Source of the DNA: Lama guanicoe
Taxonomy: Eukaryota
DNA length: 64,000 nucleotides
Assembly: GCA_013239625.1 (NCBI GenBank)
Contig: MU053559.1
Location: 3,144,324 to 3,208,323, forward strand
Direction: 5' to 3'
Below, in pieces: positions 12,746 to 24,999 of this stretch. A program made the translations under genes and the position numbers. Each line of letters begins with the position of its first letter. Position 1 is the first letter of the stretch. The notes under the pieces were generated by a model, which worked only from the letters and a program-made list of their open reading frames with translations, had not been told where the DNA came from and searched no databases.

Positions 12746-13005
12746 TCTTTCTAGAAAGCATTAACAAAGCAGACCCTTAGGTTCAGGGTCTGGAAACCAA
12801 TTGCAGTAGAATTCTGAGTCTGGAAGAACTGAGGATTGACTGTTTTCTCGTGAATTCCTCAAATGGATCTCAGAACCAGTTTACTTAAAATAGACACCAC
12901 CATTTGCTCTGAGGTTGTGAGACCAGGTAACTGAAAACAATCTTGGTAACACGGACCCCAGCCTAGTTCCTCTTATGACTTTCCTATCTCTGGTACTGAT
13001 GCTAC

Positions 13006-13660
13006 TGTTGCCGGTGGATGCAACCTGTGTTCCAGGTTCTTGTACGTCCCAGAAAGAATTCAGAGACAAGATGCAGTGATTAAATAAGTAAAGTGAGGAT
13101 TTATTAAAGAATGGATGGTACACTCTCAAGGGGAGAGTGGGCAGGCTCAGCTAAGAGGCTGCCCTGTGTTTCTTTGGCAAGTGAGTTACACAGGGTGTGA
13201 AAATAATGGGCAGAATATTCATTGGGGAGGGAAGGGTTTGGGCTCGTATTCCCTGATTATCATCCCAACTCCACCTTCCCAAAGGGAGGAGGGATTTTTG
13301 TCCTTATTTAGTCTGGGTCGGAAGTGTCATGGCATCAGGGCATGATGGGTACTTCTGATCTGCAAGGCTAATTTTATTGAAATCGGGCATAATGAGCAAA
13401 AGGTTACATTGGGATACTGGGAATTCCTGCCTTTTCTCACCTTTCTTTGTCTGTCTCCAGGCCACTCATCATCTCCAAAGGTGTGACCACTTATCAGCCC
13501 AGAGGTTCCTGCTTTTCTTTCTCTGCCCAGGGACGCCTGTTGCTTACATGATGTGTGGTTTCCTGCATTTGGCTTGTGCCCCTCCTTTTTGCCCAGTTAC
13601 TGCCATTTGGTCTGTGTCCCCCTTTCTCTGCTCATATCTAGCTATCTGCCTGCTCTGACA
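13006..13660 (-). mobile_element. ERV1-type solo LTR, 655 bp, probably lineage-specific
   Basis: TGTTG...TGACA termini; perfect 4-bp TSD CTAC (13002-13005, 13661-13664); AATAAA on the - strand at ~13100. Confidence 0.85.
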
Positions 13661-15115
13661 CTACCATAATGGCAGAAGCTTCCCTGATGAATACCTGAGC
13701 TCTGTGAGTCAGTCCAAAGTGATCTCTTAACTGGTCATTTACCCCTAGTGTGACATAAACATCATGACCACTGTGTATTTCACTAATGCTGGACACATTG
13801 TCATCTTTTGTGAAAAATATTTGTGGAATGAATGAACACATTTCTATCAGATTGTAAGTTCCAGAAAAGTAGGGGCAGTGGCTCTTCTCTACTGTATTCT
13901 GTAGGTAAGTACAGAATCTCACTAAGTAATCCTTCAATTAGGTGCATCTATTAAATTCCATTGACTGGAATCAGTCTTTTCAGATGGGCACATGTTAGTG
14001 CAGTGAAAAGCTTATTTCAGGTTTTAAGAAATATTTGCATCACTTTGAAGGAGCTTATTAAATTCTAAAAAGAGCCAATTTAAAAGCCTTTTTATTGAAC
14101 CAAGAGTGAAAGTAATGAAAACCAATTTTGCAAAGTTAAAAAAAAAAACAGTGAAGCTCTTAATAATAATTGTTTTTGAAATCCCTGTTGCTTAACTCAA
14201 TACATTTTGTTTCTGAGTCAAACTTTTCTTTCCTCTTGGGAACTCCTTAACCAGTCCCAAAGTTACATAGTAATTGAAGTTGTTAACTACTCTGCCAAAT
14301 GCAGATCATCTACCTGGGAGTTTGAATCACTTTTAAAAGCTCACTAATGCTGCTCATGGTGCAGAAACATTCACGGATGGTTCAGAAAATTCCTGCAGAT
14401 TCACTTCAGTTTTTTATTTCCCTTCAGGTTAAATTAAAGTATTATTAAATTTCATATGTTTTATTAGATAGAGCATGTCTAGTCCAATTGTATTCTTAGG
14501 AAATTATTTCAGGATATCTGGACTGTTATATTCTCCATCACCATCATTGGCTTTATAGACACTAGATCTTGCTGTGTGGTGGGACTTTGGGGGATTTGCA
14601 GCTTTCTTCTTTGTAGTTTGATGTATTTCTTGACTTTTTTAAAAAAATAAAGAGCATTTCTCATTTTTATAAAAATCAATATGTCATTACTTGATTTAAA
14701 AAATTTACTTTCTGTGTTTCAGGTTCAGTTCAGACAATAAAGGCCTACTGAGCTTCTATGCTAAGATGCATCTGAGTCAGAGGCAGTCTCCTCCCTTATG
14801 GAGCTTTTAGCCCAGTTGGATGGAGGGAAAAACACATATATGGACAAAACCACGTCTGCAGGTGGTCCGCACAGGGGATTATGGGGACAGAGGTGTTCTC
14901 TTGGAAGAGAGAGCCTGGGTATGACAAAGACAAGTAGTAACTGACCAGGAGGCTGGGGGCAGGAAAGGCAGAGGCCTAGAGATAAGAATCATCAGGGTTT
15001 GTGTGGCTCACGGCAAGTCTCACTGGGATTGCTGGTGAATAACGTGCTGTGCACGGTCGCTGTAGAAAGATCCTAGAAGGGTATCCACAGACCAGCTCAA
15101 GACAAGCTTCCTTCC

Positions 15116-15360
15116 CTCTTGCATTGTTGGTGAGAATGTAAATTGGTATAGCCACTATGGAGGACAATATGGAGTTTCCTTAAAAAACTCAAAATAGATT
15201 TAACCATATGATGCAGCAATCCTACTCCTGGGCATATATCTGGAGGGAACTCTTAATTTGAAAAGATACATGCACCCCAATATTCATAGCATCACTATAT
15301 ACAATAGGCAAGACATGGAAACAACATAAATGTCCATTGACAGATGATTGCATAAAGAAG

Positions 15361-15399
<39 letters not shown>

Positions 15400-15774
15400 G
15401 GAATACTACTCAGCCTTAAAAAAGAATGAAATAATGCCTTTTGCAGCAACATGGATGGACCTAGAGATTATTACACCAAGTGAAGTAAATCAGACAGAGA
15501 AAGACAAATACCATATGATATCACTTATATGTGGAATCTAAAAAAAATGATACAAATGAACTTATTTATAAATCAGAAAGAGACTCATAGACACAGAAAA
15601 CAAACTTACGGTTACCAAAGGGGAAAGGGGAGTAGGGATAAATTAGGAGTTTGGGATTAGCAGATACTAACTACTATATATAAAATAGATAAACAACAAG
15701 GTCTTACTGTATACCAGAGGCGACTATATTCAGTATCTTGTAAGAACCTGTAATGGAAAAAAACCAAAAAAGAC

Positions 15775-15827
<53 letters not shown>

Positions 15828-15943
15828 CACACACACACATATACACATACACAACTGAATCACTATGTTGTACACCTGAAGCTAACACAGCATTGTAAAT
15901 CAACTATACTTCAATGAAACAATAAAAGAAAAAAAAAAAAGAA
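15116..15943 (+). mobile_element. 5'-truncated L1 with internal (TG)n and (TA)n/(CA)n microsatellites
   Basis: L1 ORF2 end/3' UTR, poly(A) tail, TSD AAGCTTCCTT (15104 and 15944). Confidence 0.9.
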
Positions 15944-16199
15944 AAGCTTCCTTTCTATTCCAAGACATATATATATGTCCAGGCTTTATATAATTTCCCT
16001 AATAGTGGATTTCAAAGAATATCTACTGCCTAATATTGGCAGAAATGGAAACACAGATCTTTATCTGTACATTGAAATGCACTACAGGTACACAGTGTCT
16101 TCCCTTATCCCCACAGCTATCTTATTTTGTTGCTTTGTCAATTTACCTTGAGCTTTCATTTTGCTGAGTTCTTCTAAAGCCTAAAATACTCTTTGGGAA

Positions 16200-17400
16200 T
16201 TTTCTCCTATTCCTGGTCGTGATGTAGCATTCATTCAATATGTTGCTAGGTTCAATTTTCTAAGATTTTTTTTTTTAGGATTTTAGCATCTATGTTCACA
16301 AGTGAGATTCACCCATAGATTTTTCTTACTTACTCTCTTGTCCTTTCCCTTCCTCCTTTCCTCTTTCTCTTCTTTCTTTCCTAGCATTCTTTTTGTCTGA
16401 TATCAGTATTGGGGTTTTGCTAGTTAGCATAACAGAAAGTGAGTTGGAAACGATATTTTTATAAGCTCTTGAACAGTATAACAGGGACAACATCTGTTCT
16501 TTGAAGGGTTAGGAGACATCTCCTATTAAACCCACTGGGACTGGTGACTTTTTAGCAGTAGATCTTAGATTATCGATTTTTTAAAACTGAAGTATAGTTG
16601 ATTTACAATGTTGTGTTAGTTTCTGGTGTACAGCATATATATATATATATATTCTTTTTCATTATAGGTTATTACAAGTTATTGAATATAGTTCCCTGTG
16701 CTATATAGTAGGACCTTGTTGTTTATCTATTTTATATATACTAGTTAGTATCTGCTAATCCCAAACTCCTAATTTATGCCCCACCCTTTTCCCTTTGGTA
16801 ACCATAAATTTGTTTTCTATGTCTGTGAATCTCTTTCTGTTTTGTAAATCAGTTCATTTGTGTCATTTTTTTAGATTCCACATATAAGTGATATCATGTG
16901 ATATTTGTCTTTGTCTGACTTCCTTCACTTAGTATGATAACCTCTAGGTCCATCCATGTTGCTGCAAATGGCATTATTTCATTCTTTTTTATGGCTGAGT
17001 AGTATTCCTGTGTGTGTGTGTGTGTTTATGTGTATACACCACAACTTCTTTATTAGATTGTCATTTTTATTTCTTCCAAAGCTGTTGATTTATTCAGGTT
17101 TTCCACTTTTCATTTTTAAAGTTATCATATAGTAAGACTGACTTTTTCTTTTGGTTTATGGTTCTCTGAATTTCAGTATATGTAGATTTGTGTTACCCCT
17201 ACCACTGTCAGCATACAGAACAGTTGTAATACTCCAAATTTTCTTGTGCTCCCCTTTATAGTCATACTCTGTCCACAACTCTAACCCCTGGCAAGCACAG
17301 ATCTGTTCTCCATGACTAAAGTTTGGTCTTTTCAAGAAAGTCATATAAATGGAACCTTTGGTATGGAACCCTATACTACTTTCTCAGCCTCTGCTCTTCC
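16200..17400 (-). mobile_element. Old L1 fragments hosting a younger L1 3' end (~16580-17052)
   Basis: Young insert flanked by ttagatt(a/g)tc direct repeats; host has ggattttagcatctatgttcac (reverse ORF2). Confidence 0.75.
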
Positions 17401-17429
17401 TGTTTCTAACACAAAATTTCAAAATAAAG

Positions 17430-17605
17430 TGTCATTTACTGAGCACCAATTATGTGGCTGCTACAATATTAAGTGCTTTACATATATGTTCATGTAATTC
17501 TCACAACCATCTATTTTATAGATTAGAAACTACAACACAGAGAGTTTAAGGGGTTTCCCCCAAGATCACTCAGCTAGTAAGTAGCAGAGCTGGGGTTTGA
17601 ATGCT
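17430..17605 (-). mobile_element. MIR SINE
   Basis: catttactgagcac..taattctcacaac..cccaagatcactcagctagtaagtagcagagctggg. Confidence 0.75.
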
Positions 17606-17711
17606 TGTTTTTCTTGAAATCTTGTCATTTCTATCAAGTCACTTGACTTTGTTAAGAGCAGTAGTAAAGGGGTCTGTTTTCCAAGATTTATTCTTAGGTT
17701 CTCTGCTTTGC

Positions 17712-17742
<31 letters not shown>

Positions 17743-18520
17743 TAATATATTTTCATTGAAATATAGTCAATAGTATATAGCCTGCTTTGCATCATTTATA
17801 ATCTCCTATCAGAGAACTCATTTTCAGTTTTAACCACCAATCTCTATGTAGTGTACTCCCAAATATTCTGTCCTCAGTAGTAACATAGCCTTGAAACTTC
17901 CCTGGCCACTAATATCAAAGATGTGGAACTGGACATTGCCTAATGGATTGTCAAGAGGTACAGTTGAATAGCAGTTAAGCGCAAAGACCTTGGATGTGGC
18001 CGGCCAGTGTTTGAATTCTACTTCTGCCACTTGTCAGCTGAGTAACGTGGACAAGTTGTTCAAATTCTTTGTGCCTATATTCTCATTTATAAAAAGAGAA
18101 TATGGTAAGTTTGCTAGTATGTCTCAAACACACCATTTTTACTTCCCCCTAGAAGCACATCTTCCCTCTTTCTACCCCATCCCTTAGATTTAGGCTCTTT
18201 CTGGTCTTGTTGTCTGTAGAGACTTTTCATTAAGTGTTTTGTATCTATCTCTTTCTTTTCAATTCCTTGGCCACCACATTTTGTCCCATGTCTTGATTAC
18301 TTTAAGAATCCCCCTGCTCATTTTTGCTTTGCTCTCAAGCTTGGTCTCTTAATTTATCCAATCTTTTCTCTGTATAATATATTTTTGAATATTTCCTGCA
18401 AGTCTATGATTCTTTGCTATTAAAATTTTTTCTTTTTTCTTTTTTTCTGATGGTGAATCTCAAAAACTCCAACTCCTATACAACAGAGAAAATTAAAGAC
18501 TGCCAAACCTCCTCTAGGAC

Positions 18521-18750
18521 ATAACCACTGTTAGCAATTTGGTGCACATTTTATTTGATATTATACATAACCATTATTAAAATTAGGTACATATTTTATT
18601 TAATATTATATATAACCTCTATTAACATTTTGGTGCTTATTTCCGCTATTAACAATTTGTGCATATTCCATGTAATATAATATTACATAGAATATTTTAT
18701 ATAGCCACTATTAACATTTTGGTACATATTTTATTTAATATTGTGTGTAA
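18521..18750. repeat. Degenerate ~45-bp tandem repeat (about 4-5 units)
   Basis: Unit ataaccactattaacattttggtacatattttatttaatatt recurs at ~18521, ~18567, ~18612, ~18643 and ~18701. Confidence 0.75.
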
Positions 18751-20531
18751 AGCTTTTCAGCATTATCACATAACCATATATGTTGTTGGCATATTTCCAT
18801 GACATGGTAGTGTCATAGATGTATATCATTATTTTTTAATTGGTTTTTATTAAATATTGACTGAACACAAAGTAATATTTATGAAGCATATGTAAGGTAT
18901 AAAGAATTTTCATACAGTGGACACTCATATTCAAATCACTCTGTTTCAGAAATAGAGCATTATTATCTTTGAATTCCTGTTCCCTTCCTCCTCAGTTGTA
19001 ACCTTTATCGTGTATTTCCACTTATCACATTCTTGCTTTTTGTTATAGTTTGCATGTATGTTTGTATAGCTAAACAATATATTGTTCGCTTTTGTGTTTT
19101 TGAAATTGATATCAGTAGACCATTCTATATGTTGTCTTCTGCAGCTTGATTTTCCCCCTCCACTTTATAGCTCTTTTGGGATTGTGACTGGAATGACATT
19201 AAGGAGAATTGATATTGTCATGATACTGAATTTTCCAGCCTGTGAATGTAGTATATATCTCCATTTATTTAGGTCTTCTTTAATGCCTTTCAACGTAGTT
19301 TATCATTTTCTCCCTAAATGTCTTGCTTATCTTTTATTAGATTTATTTCTAGATATATATTACTTTTTGATGTTATTCTAAATAGTCTTTTAAAAAGTTC
19401 ATTTTCTAGCTGTTTGCTGTTGGTAGATAGAAATGCAATTGATTTTTTAAAAAAATGAAACTGCTTATTTAAAATCTGGAAACAGTAAAGCAACACATTT
19501 ATTGTTTATAAATATGTACAGCTGTAGTGATAGTCTATAAACGTGGTTGGAAAGATGGACACAAACCTCAGGATAGTGTTATTTGGACAGGCAGAGGGCA
19601 TGGGATTAAGGAGAGGCAGAAAGGAAACATTAATGCTATCTATAATATTTTATTTCTTTTTGAAGCAAATATGGTTAAATATTAAGATTTGTTAAGGCTG
19701 CATAGCAGGTATAGGAGTGATCATTTTATTATTCTTTGTACCTTTAGAAATGGGTCAGAATTTTTAAAATGAGATACACAATATTATATGCTCAAAATAA
19801 ATCACTTTCATGATAGATGACCTCAGAATCCATTAATTCTATTGATTATTCTAAACTGGACCTTGTAGAGTGGGGGCTTTGTGCTGAACCCAAGCTCCTG
19901 ATGTGATTGGTTTGGTTTTTTTTTTCCCAATGTGGTTGGGTTTTTTTTGTGTGTGTGTGCCCTATGATTAAACAGATGAATTAGCAATAAAGTGCCAAAG
20001 ATTTTACATAAGAATCTGGATTTCTGAATTCTCTTAAAAAGTTAGAAAACCTAACAACATGATATTTTCATGAGGTAACAGTTGATTAGATATGAACACG
20101 CCTGTTTGTTTACTGACTGTTTATTATAAAAAATTTCAAACAAAGACATAGAGAAGGGACTAATGGGAGGCCAGACACTTATTGAAATTCAACAATTTAT
20201 TGACTCAAGGCCAATTATGTTATATCTATTTTTGCTGATCTCCTGACCCCTGGATTATTTTGAACTGAATCCCAGACACCGTATCATTTCATCCATGAGT
20301 ACTTTAGTATTTATCTCTAAAAGATAAGTACTTTCAGAAAACAAAACCACGATATTATTGCCATTTCTAAAATTTTAAGAATAATTCCTTAATATCACCG
20401 AATGTCTAGTTGATATTCAAATTTCCCCCATTTTCTCAACTTTATTTTACTGTTTGTTCAAATAAGGCCCTTTCATGGAATGAGCTTGATATATTTCTTA
20501 AATCTCTGTGGTCTTGTAGTGAGACCTAGAT

Positions 20532-20690
20532 CAGCACTGTCCACTAAAATTTTCTGTGATAACCAAAAATGTGCTATATCAGTGGTACCCAGCCTGGTAG
20601 CTACTAGCCATGTATGGCCATTGAGCACTTGAAGTGTGACTAGTGCAACTGAGGAAATGAATTTCTGATTTTATTTAATTTTAATAGTTA
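20532..20690. mobile_element. MER3-like hAT-Charlie DNA transposon fragment
   Basis: cagcactgtcca..ttctgtgat..gtagctactagccatgtatggccattgagcacttgaagtgtgactagtg. Confidence 0.7.
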
Positions 20691-20699
20691 AAAACGTTT

Positions 20700-23600
20700 G
20701 CTTATAGCTTTATTGAAAGCAAATCCACATACCACAAATCTCACCTTTTAAAGTGTACAATTTGGTGGCTTTTAAGATATTCACAAGTTGTACACTGACC
20801 ACCATTCATTCCAGAACATTTATGTCACCCCTAAAGGAAACCCGTTAGCAATCACTCCCATTTCCCCTGCCCCCAACCCCCAGCAACCACTTATCTACTG
20901 TCTTTCTCTATGGATTTGCCTATTTTGGATATTTCATATGAGGAAATTACATGATATATATATATAGCCTTTTGTATCTGGCATGTTTCACTTTGCATAA
21001 TGTTTTCAAGTTTGATCAACTGATACATTAATATGTATCACTTAATTTATATAATTTTATGGCCAAATGATACTCCATTTTATGCATATACCATAGTTTG
21101 CTTGTCTATTCATGAATTGATGGACATTCGGGTTATCTACACTTTTTTAACTCTTAGGAATAATGTTACTATGAAAATTCATGTACATGTTTTTGTGTGG
21201 ACATGTATTTTCAGTTCTCTTGAGCATACACCTATGGATGTAATTTCTGGATCATATGGTAACTCTGTCTTTAACTTTTTGAGAAACTGCCAAATGGTTT
21301 TCCAACTCAGATGCAATATTTTACATCCCCATCAGGAATGTATGCAGGTTCCAAATTTTCCCCATCTGCACCAACACTTGTTACTTTCCATCTTTTTGAG
21401 TATAACCAATCTAGGGGGTGTGAAGCAGTAGCCCATTGTGGTTTTGATGTCCATTTCCCAAATGACTAATGATATTAAACATCTTTTCATGTGTTTACTG
21501 GCCATTTATGTGTCTTCTTTTGAGAAATGTCTATTCACATCCTTTGTCCATTTTTAAATTGGGTTACTTGTCTTTTTTTGTTGAATTGTAGGAGTTCTTT
21601 ATATATTCTAGATACAAGTCTCTTAGAAGGCAGATATATGATTTTCATATATTTTATCCCTTGCTCTGAGTTGTCTTTTCAGTTTCTTTTTTTTACTGAA
21701 GTATAGTTGGTTCACAATATTGTGTTAATTTCTGGTGTACAGCACAGTGATTAAGATATATATNNNNNNNNNNNNNNNNNNNNNNNNTAGCACCGTTATT
21801 ACAATCCCCAAGATATGGAAGCAACCTAAGTGTCCATCAACAGATAAATGGATAAAGAAATGTAAAATATATATCTTATACACACACACACACACACATA
21901 TATATTCCTTTTCATATTGTTTTTCATTACAGGCTATGACAAGGTATTGAATATAGTTCCCTGTGCTCTACAGTAGGACCTTGCTGTTTATCTATTTTAT
22001 GTATAGTAGTGTGTATCTGCAAATCCTGAACTCTCAGTTTATCCCTCCACTCCTTCCTTTCTCCCCTGGTAAATGTAAGTTTGTTTTCTATGTCTGTGAG
22101 TCTGTTTCTGTTTTGCAAATAAGTTCATTTGTGTCATTTTTTTTAGATTCCACATATAAGTGATATCATATGATATTTCTCTTTCTTTTTTTGGCTTACT
22201 TCAGTTAGTATGACAATCTCCAGGTCCACCCATGTTGCTGCATATGGCATTATTTTACTATTTTTATGGCTGTGTATTATTCCATTCTACCACAACTGTT
22301 TTATCCAATCATCTGTCAATGGACATTTAGGTTCCTTCCGAGTCTTAGCTATTGTAAATAGTGCTGCTGTGATTTCCACTTTCTTGATGATGCCCTCTGA
22401 AGCATAAAAGCTTTAGATTTTGATTAAATCAATTTATCTATTTTTCTTTTGTTGCTTGTGCGTTAGGTGTCATACCAAGAAAATCATTGCCTAAACCGGG
22501 TTCAAGAAGATTTACTCCTATATATTCTTCCAAGAGTTTCATAGCTTTAGCTCTTATATGTAGGTCTCTGGTCCATTTCAACTTAATTTTTGTATATAGT
22601 GTGATGACCATGTATTGGTGTGTAGCAGGGTTACAGATTCATTCTTTGAATATGGATATCCAGTTGTTTCAACACTATTTGTTGAAAAGATTACTCTTTT
22701 CCCCATTGAATTATCTTGGCACTCTTGTCAAAAATCAATTGCTCATAAATGTAAGAATTTACTTCTGGACTTTCAATTTTATTCCATTGATCTGTATGTG
22801 TATCTTTATACCACTGACACACTGTCTTGATTATTGTAGCTCTGTATTGTTTTGAAATTGAGAAGTATGAGTCCTCCAAATTTGTTCTTTTTCAAGATGG
22901 TTTTGAATACACTGGGTTGCTCACATTTTCATATGAATTTCAGATAGGCTTGCCCATTTCTGCAAAAAGGCATTTTAAATTATGATAGTGATTGCATTGA
23001 ATTTTTAGATCAATTTAAAGAGTATTGTGATCGTACCAATATTAAGTTTTCCAATCTATGAAATAGATATCTTTCCATTTATTTAGGTCTTGTTTTAGTT
23101 TCTTTCACTGATGTCTTGTAGTTTTCAGTGTACAAGTCTTGTGCTTTTGTTAAATTCATTCTCCAGTATTTTATTCTTTTTGTAAATGTTAATTTAGTTT
23201 TCAAATAGTTCATTGTTAATGTATAGAAATACAATTGATTTCTGTATATTGATCATGTATCCTCCAGAGCAATGTTGAATAGAAGTGACAAGAGTGAACA
23301 TTCTTGTCCTGTTTCTGATCTTATGGAGAGAGCATCCTATATTTCACTATCAGATGTGATGTTAGCTGTGTTTTTTCATGTAAGGCTTTTATTAGGTTGA
23401 GGAAATTCTCTTTTATTCTTAGTTTATTGAGTGTTTTTATCAAAAAAGACTATTGGATTTTATCAATGCTTTTCTGTGTCTTGAGATGATTATATGGTTT
23501 TTGTCCTTTTTTCTGTTAATATGGTGTATTACATCGATTCATTTTCAGATGCTAAACCAACTTTGCATTCTTAGAATAAATCACACTTGGTCACGGTGTA

Positions 23601-23810
23601 TAATCCTTTTTATATCTTGCTGGATTTGGTTTGCTAGTATTTTGTTGAGGATTTCTGTGTCTCTATTCATAAGGCATATTCACAGCTTTTCTTGTGAGAC
23701 CTTTATCTGGCTTTGGTGTCACGGTCTAATAGAATGAGTTAGGAAGTGTTCCCTGCTCTTCTATTTTTTGGAAGAGTTGGTGAAGGATTGGTGCTAATTC
23801 TTTTAAATGC
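20700..23810 (-). mobile_element. L1MB-type 3' end/ORF2 with nested younger L1 (~21690-22370)
   Basis: Continuous reverse L1 ORF2/3' UTR; ORF 22691-22879 translates L1 ORF2 (WYKDTHTDQWNKIESPE). Confidence 0.9.
21764..21787. other. Assembly gap (24 N)
   Basis: Run of n characters within a TA microsatellite. Confidence 1.
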
Positions 23811-24999
23811 TCAGGATGAGGACTTGAAATGTGGATGTAACTCAAGTGAGCCCAAAATAATGAAGAGAGTCCATTTTCAGGAGCTCAGAGGAATGGGGCA
23901 GTGATATTCATGAGGGCATCGGGACAAGGGAGAGTTGAGAGGCAAGGCATCAATGGAGGAGAAAAGGAAGTTCCTGCAGAAATACTGTCAGAGGCACTCC
24001 CTCCTGCTGCCAAGGGCTCTTGCATCTTGTAGCAAGGCTCTAGATTGCAGGATGACCTCATTCCTCAAAAGAAATTCTCCAACTGGGCAACTGTTTCCTT
24101 TCTCAGAGGCTAGTGTGGGCTTGCTCAAAAGTGTTAGCTCTGTTGGCCTCCCCTGCGCTTTCTTCATCCACGGGTGTGTGTAACATGGATTCTTTGAACA
24201 TCAATAACAGCGCTTCCCAGCGCTGGTCCTGACATGCCCCCAATGTCTTCAGTTATTGCAGGGGGTGTCTTGCAATTCTCAGAACTAGTTTACTTTCAAT
24301 TTATTTTAAAAAGAGATCCATGCCATTTCAGATGTTTCTTTTGTGGTCAATGTATCAGGGGAGGAGGAATGGGAAGATAGGCGTCATGGGGGGGGGAACA
24401 AAGCAAGAAGAAAAGTTGCAAGTTACAAGAGACTGAGAATCTCTGATCTGGGGTGTTTCGAAGTGTTCATCCTCTCCTAATCACTGATTTATCCCAATGT
24501 TTGGAAGTGGCCCTGGCACATCAGAGTAGATGCTCATAAATATTTGCTAAATGAAAAGCTATTGAATTAATGATTGTAAGATTCCATGTGTGTATGGGAG
24601 ACAGTGCGTGGGGAGTATCTACAGAAGTATAAAACTGGAGGTATCGGGGTGCTCAAAGGAGATAGCATGTATGAACAGTCAGGGCAATAGATGGGTGTGT
24701 GGGGCAGAGTCAGGCCGTAGATTTTGCAGACAGCTCTAACTTAAGATAGTTCGTTCTGTTACTCCGTTAAAAAAAGTCATTCTTAGTAGAACTGCTCCCT
24801 GTAGAAGGCTAAAGCTTTCTGCATGTGGAGTGCAGCTGTGACGGGGCAGTGGCCAGTGTGTGAGCTGTGGCATATTGAAGAGGACACTGGACTTGGAATC
24901 AGAAGGTGGCAGTCCCAACTCTATTACTTGCCATATAGACAGGATCACCAGAAACATCTATAAACACACAAGGGAACAATCTGCCGTGAAGAGTTAGCC

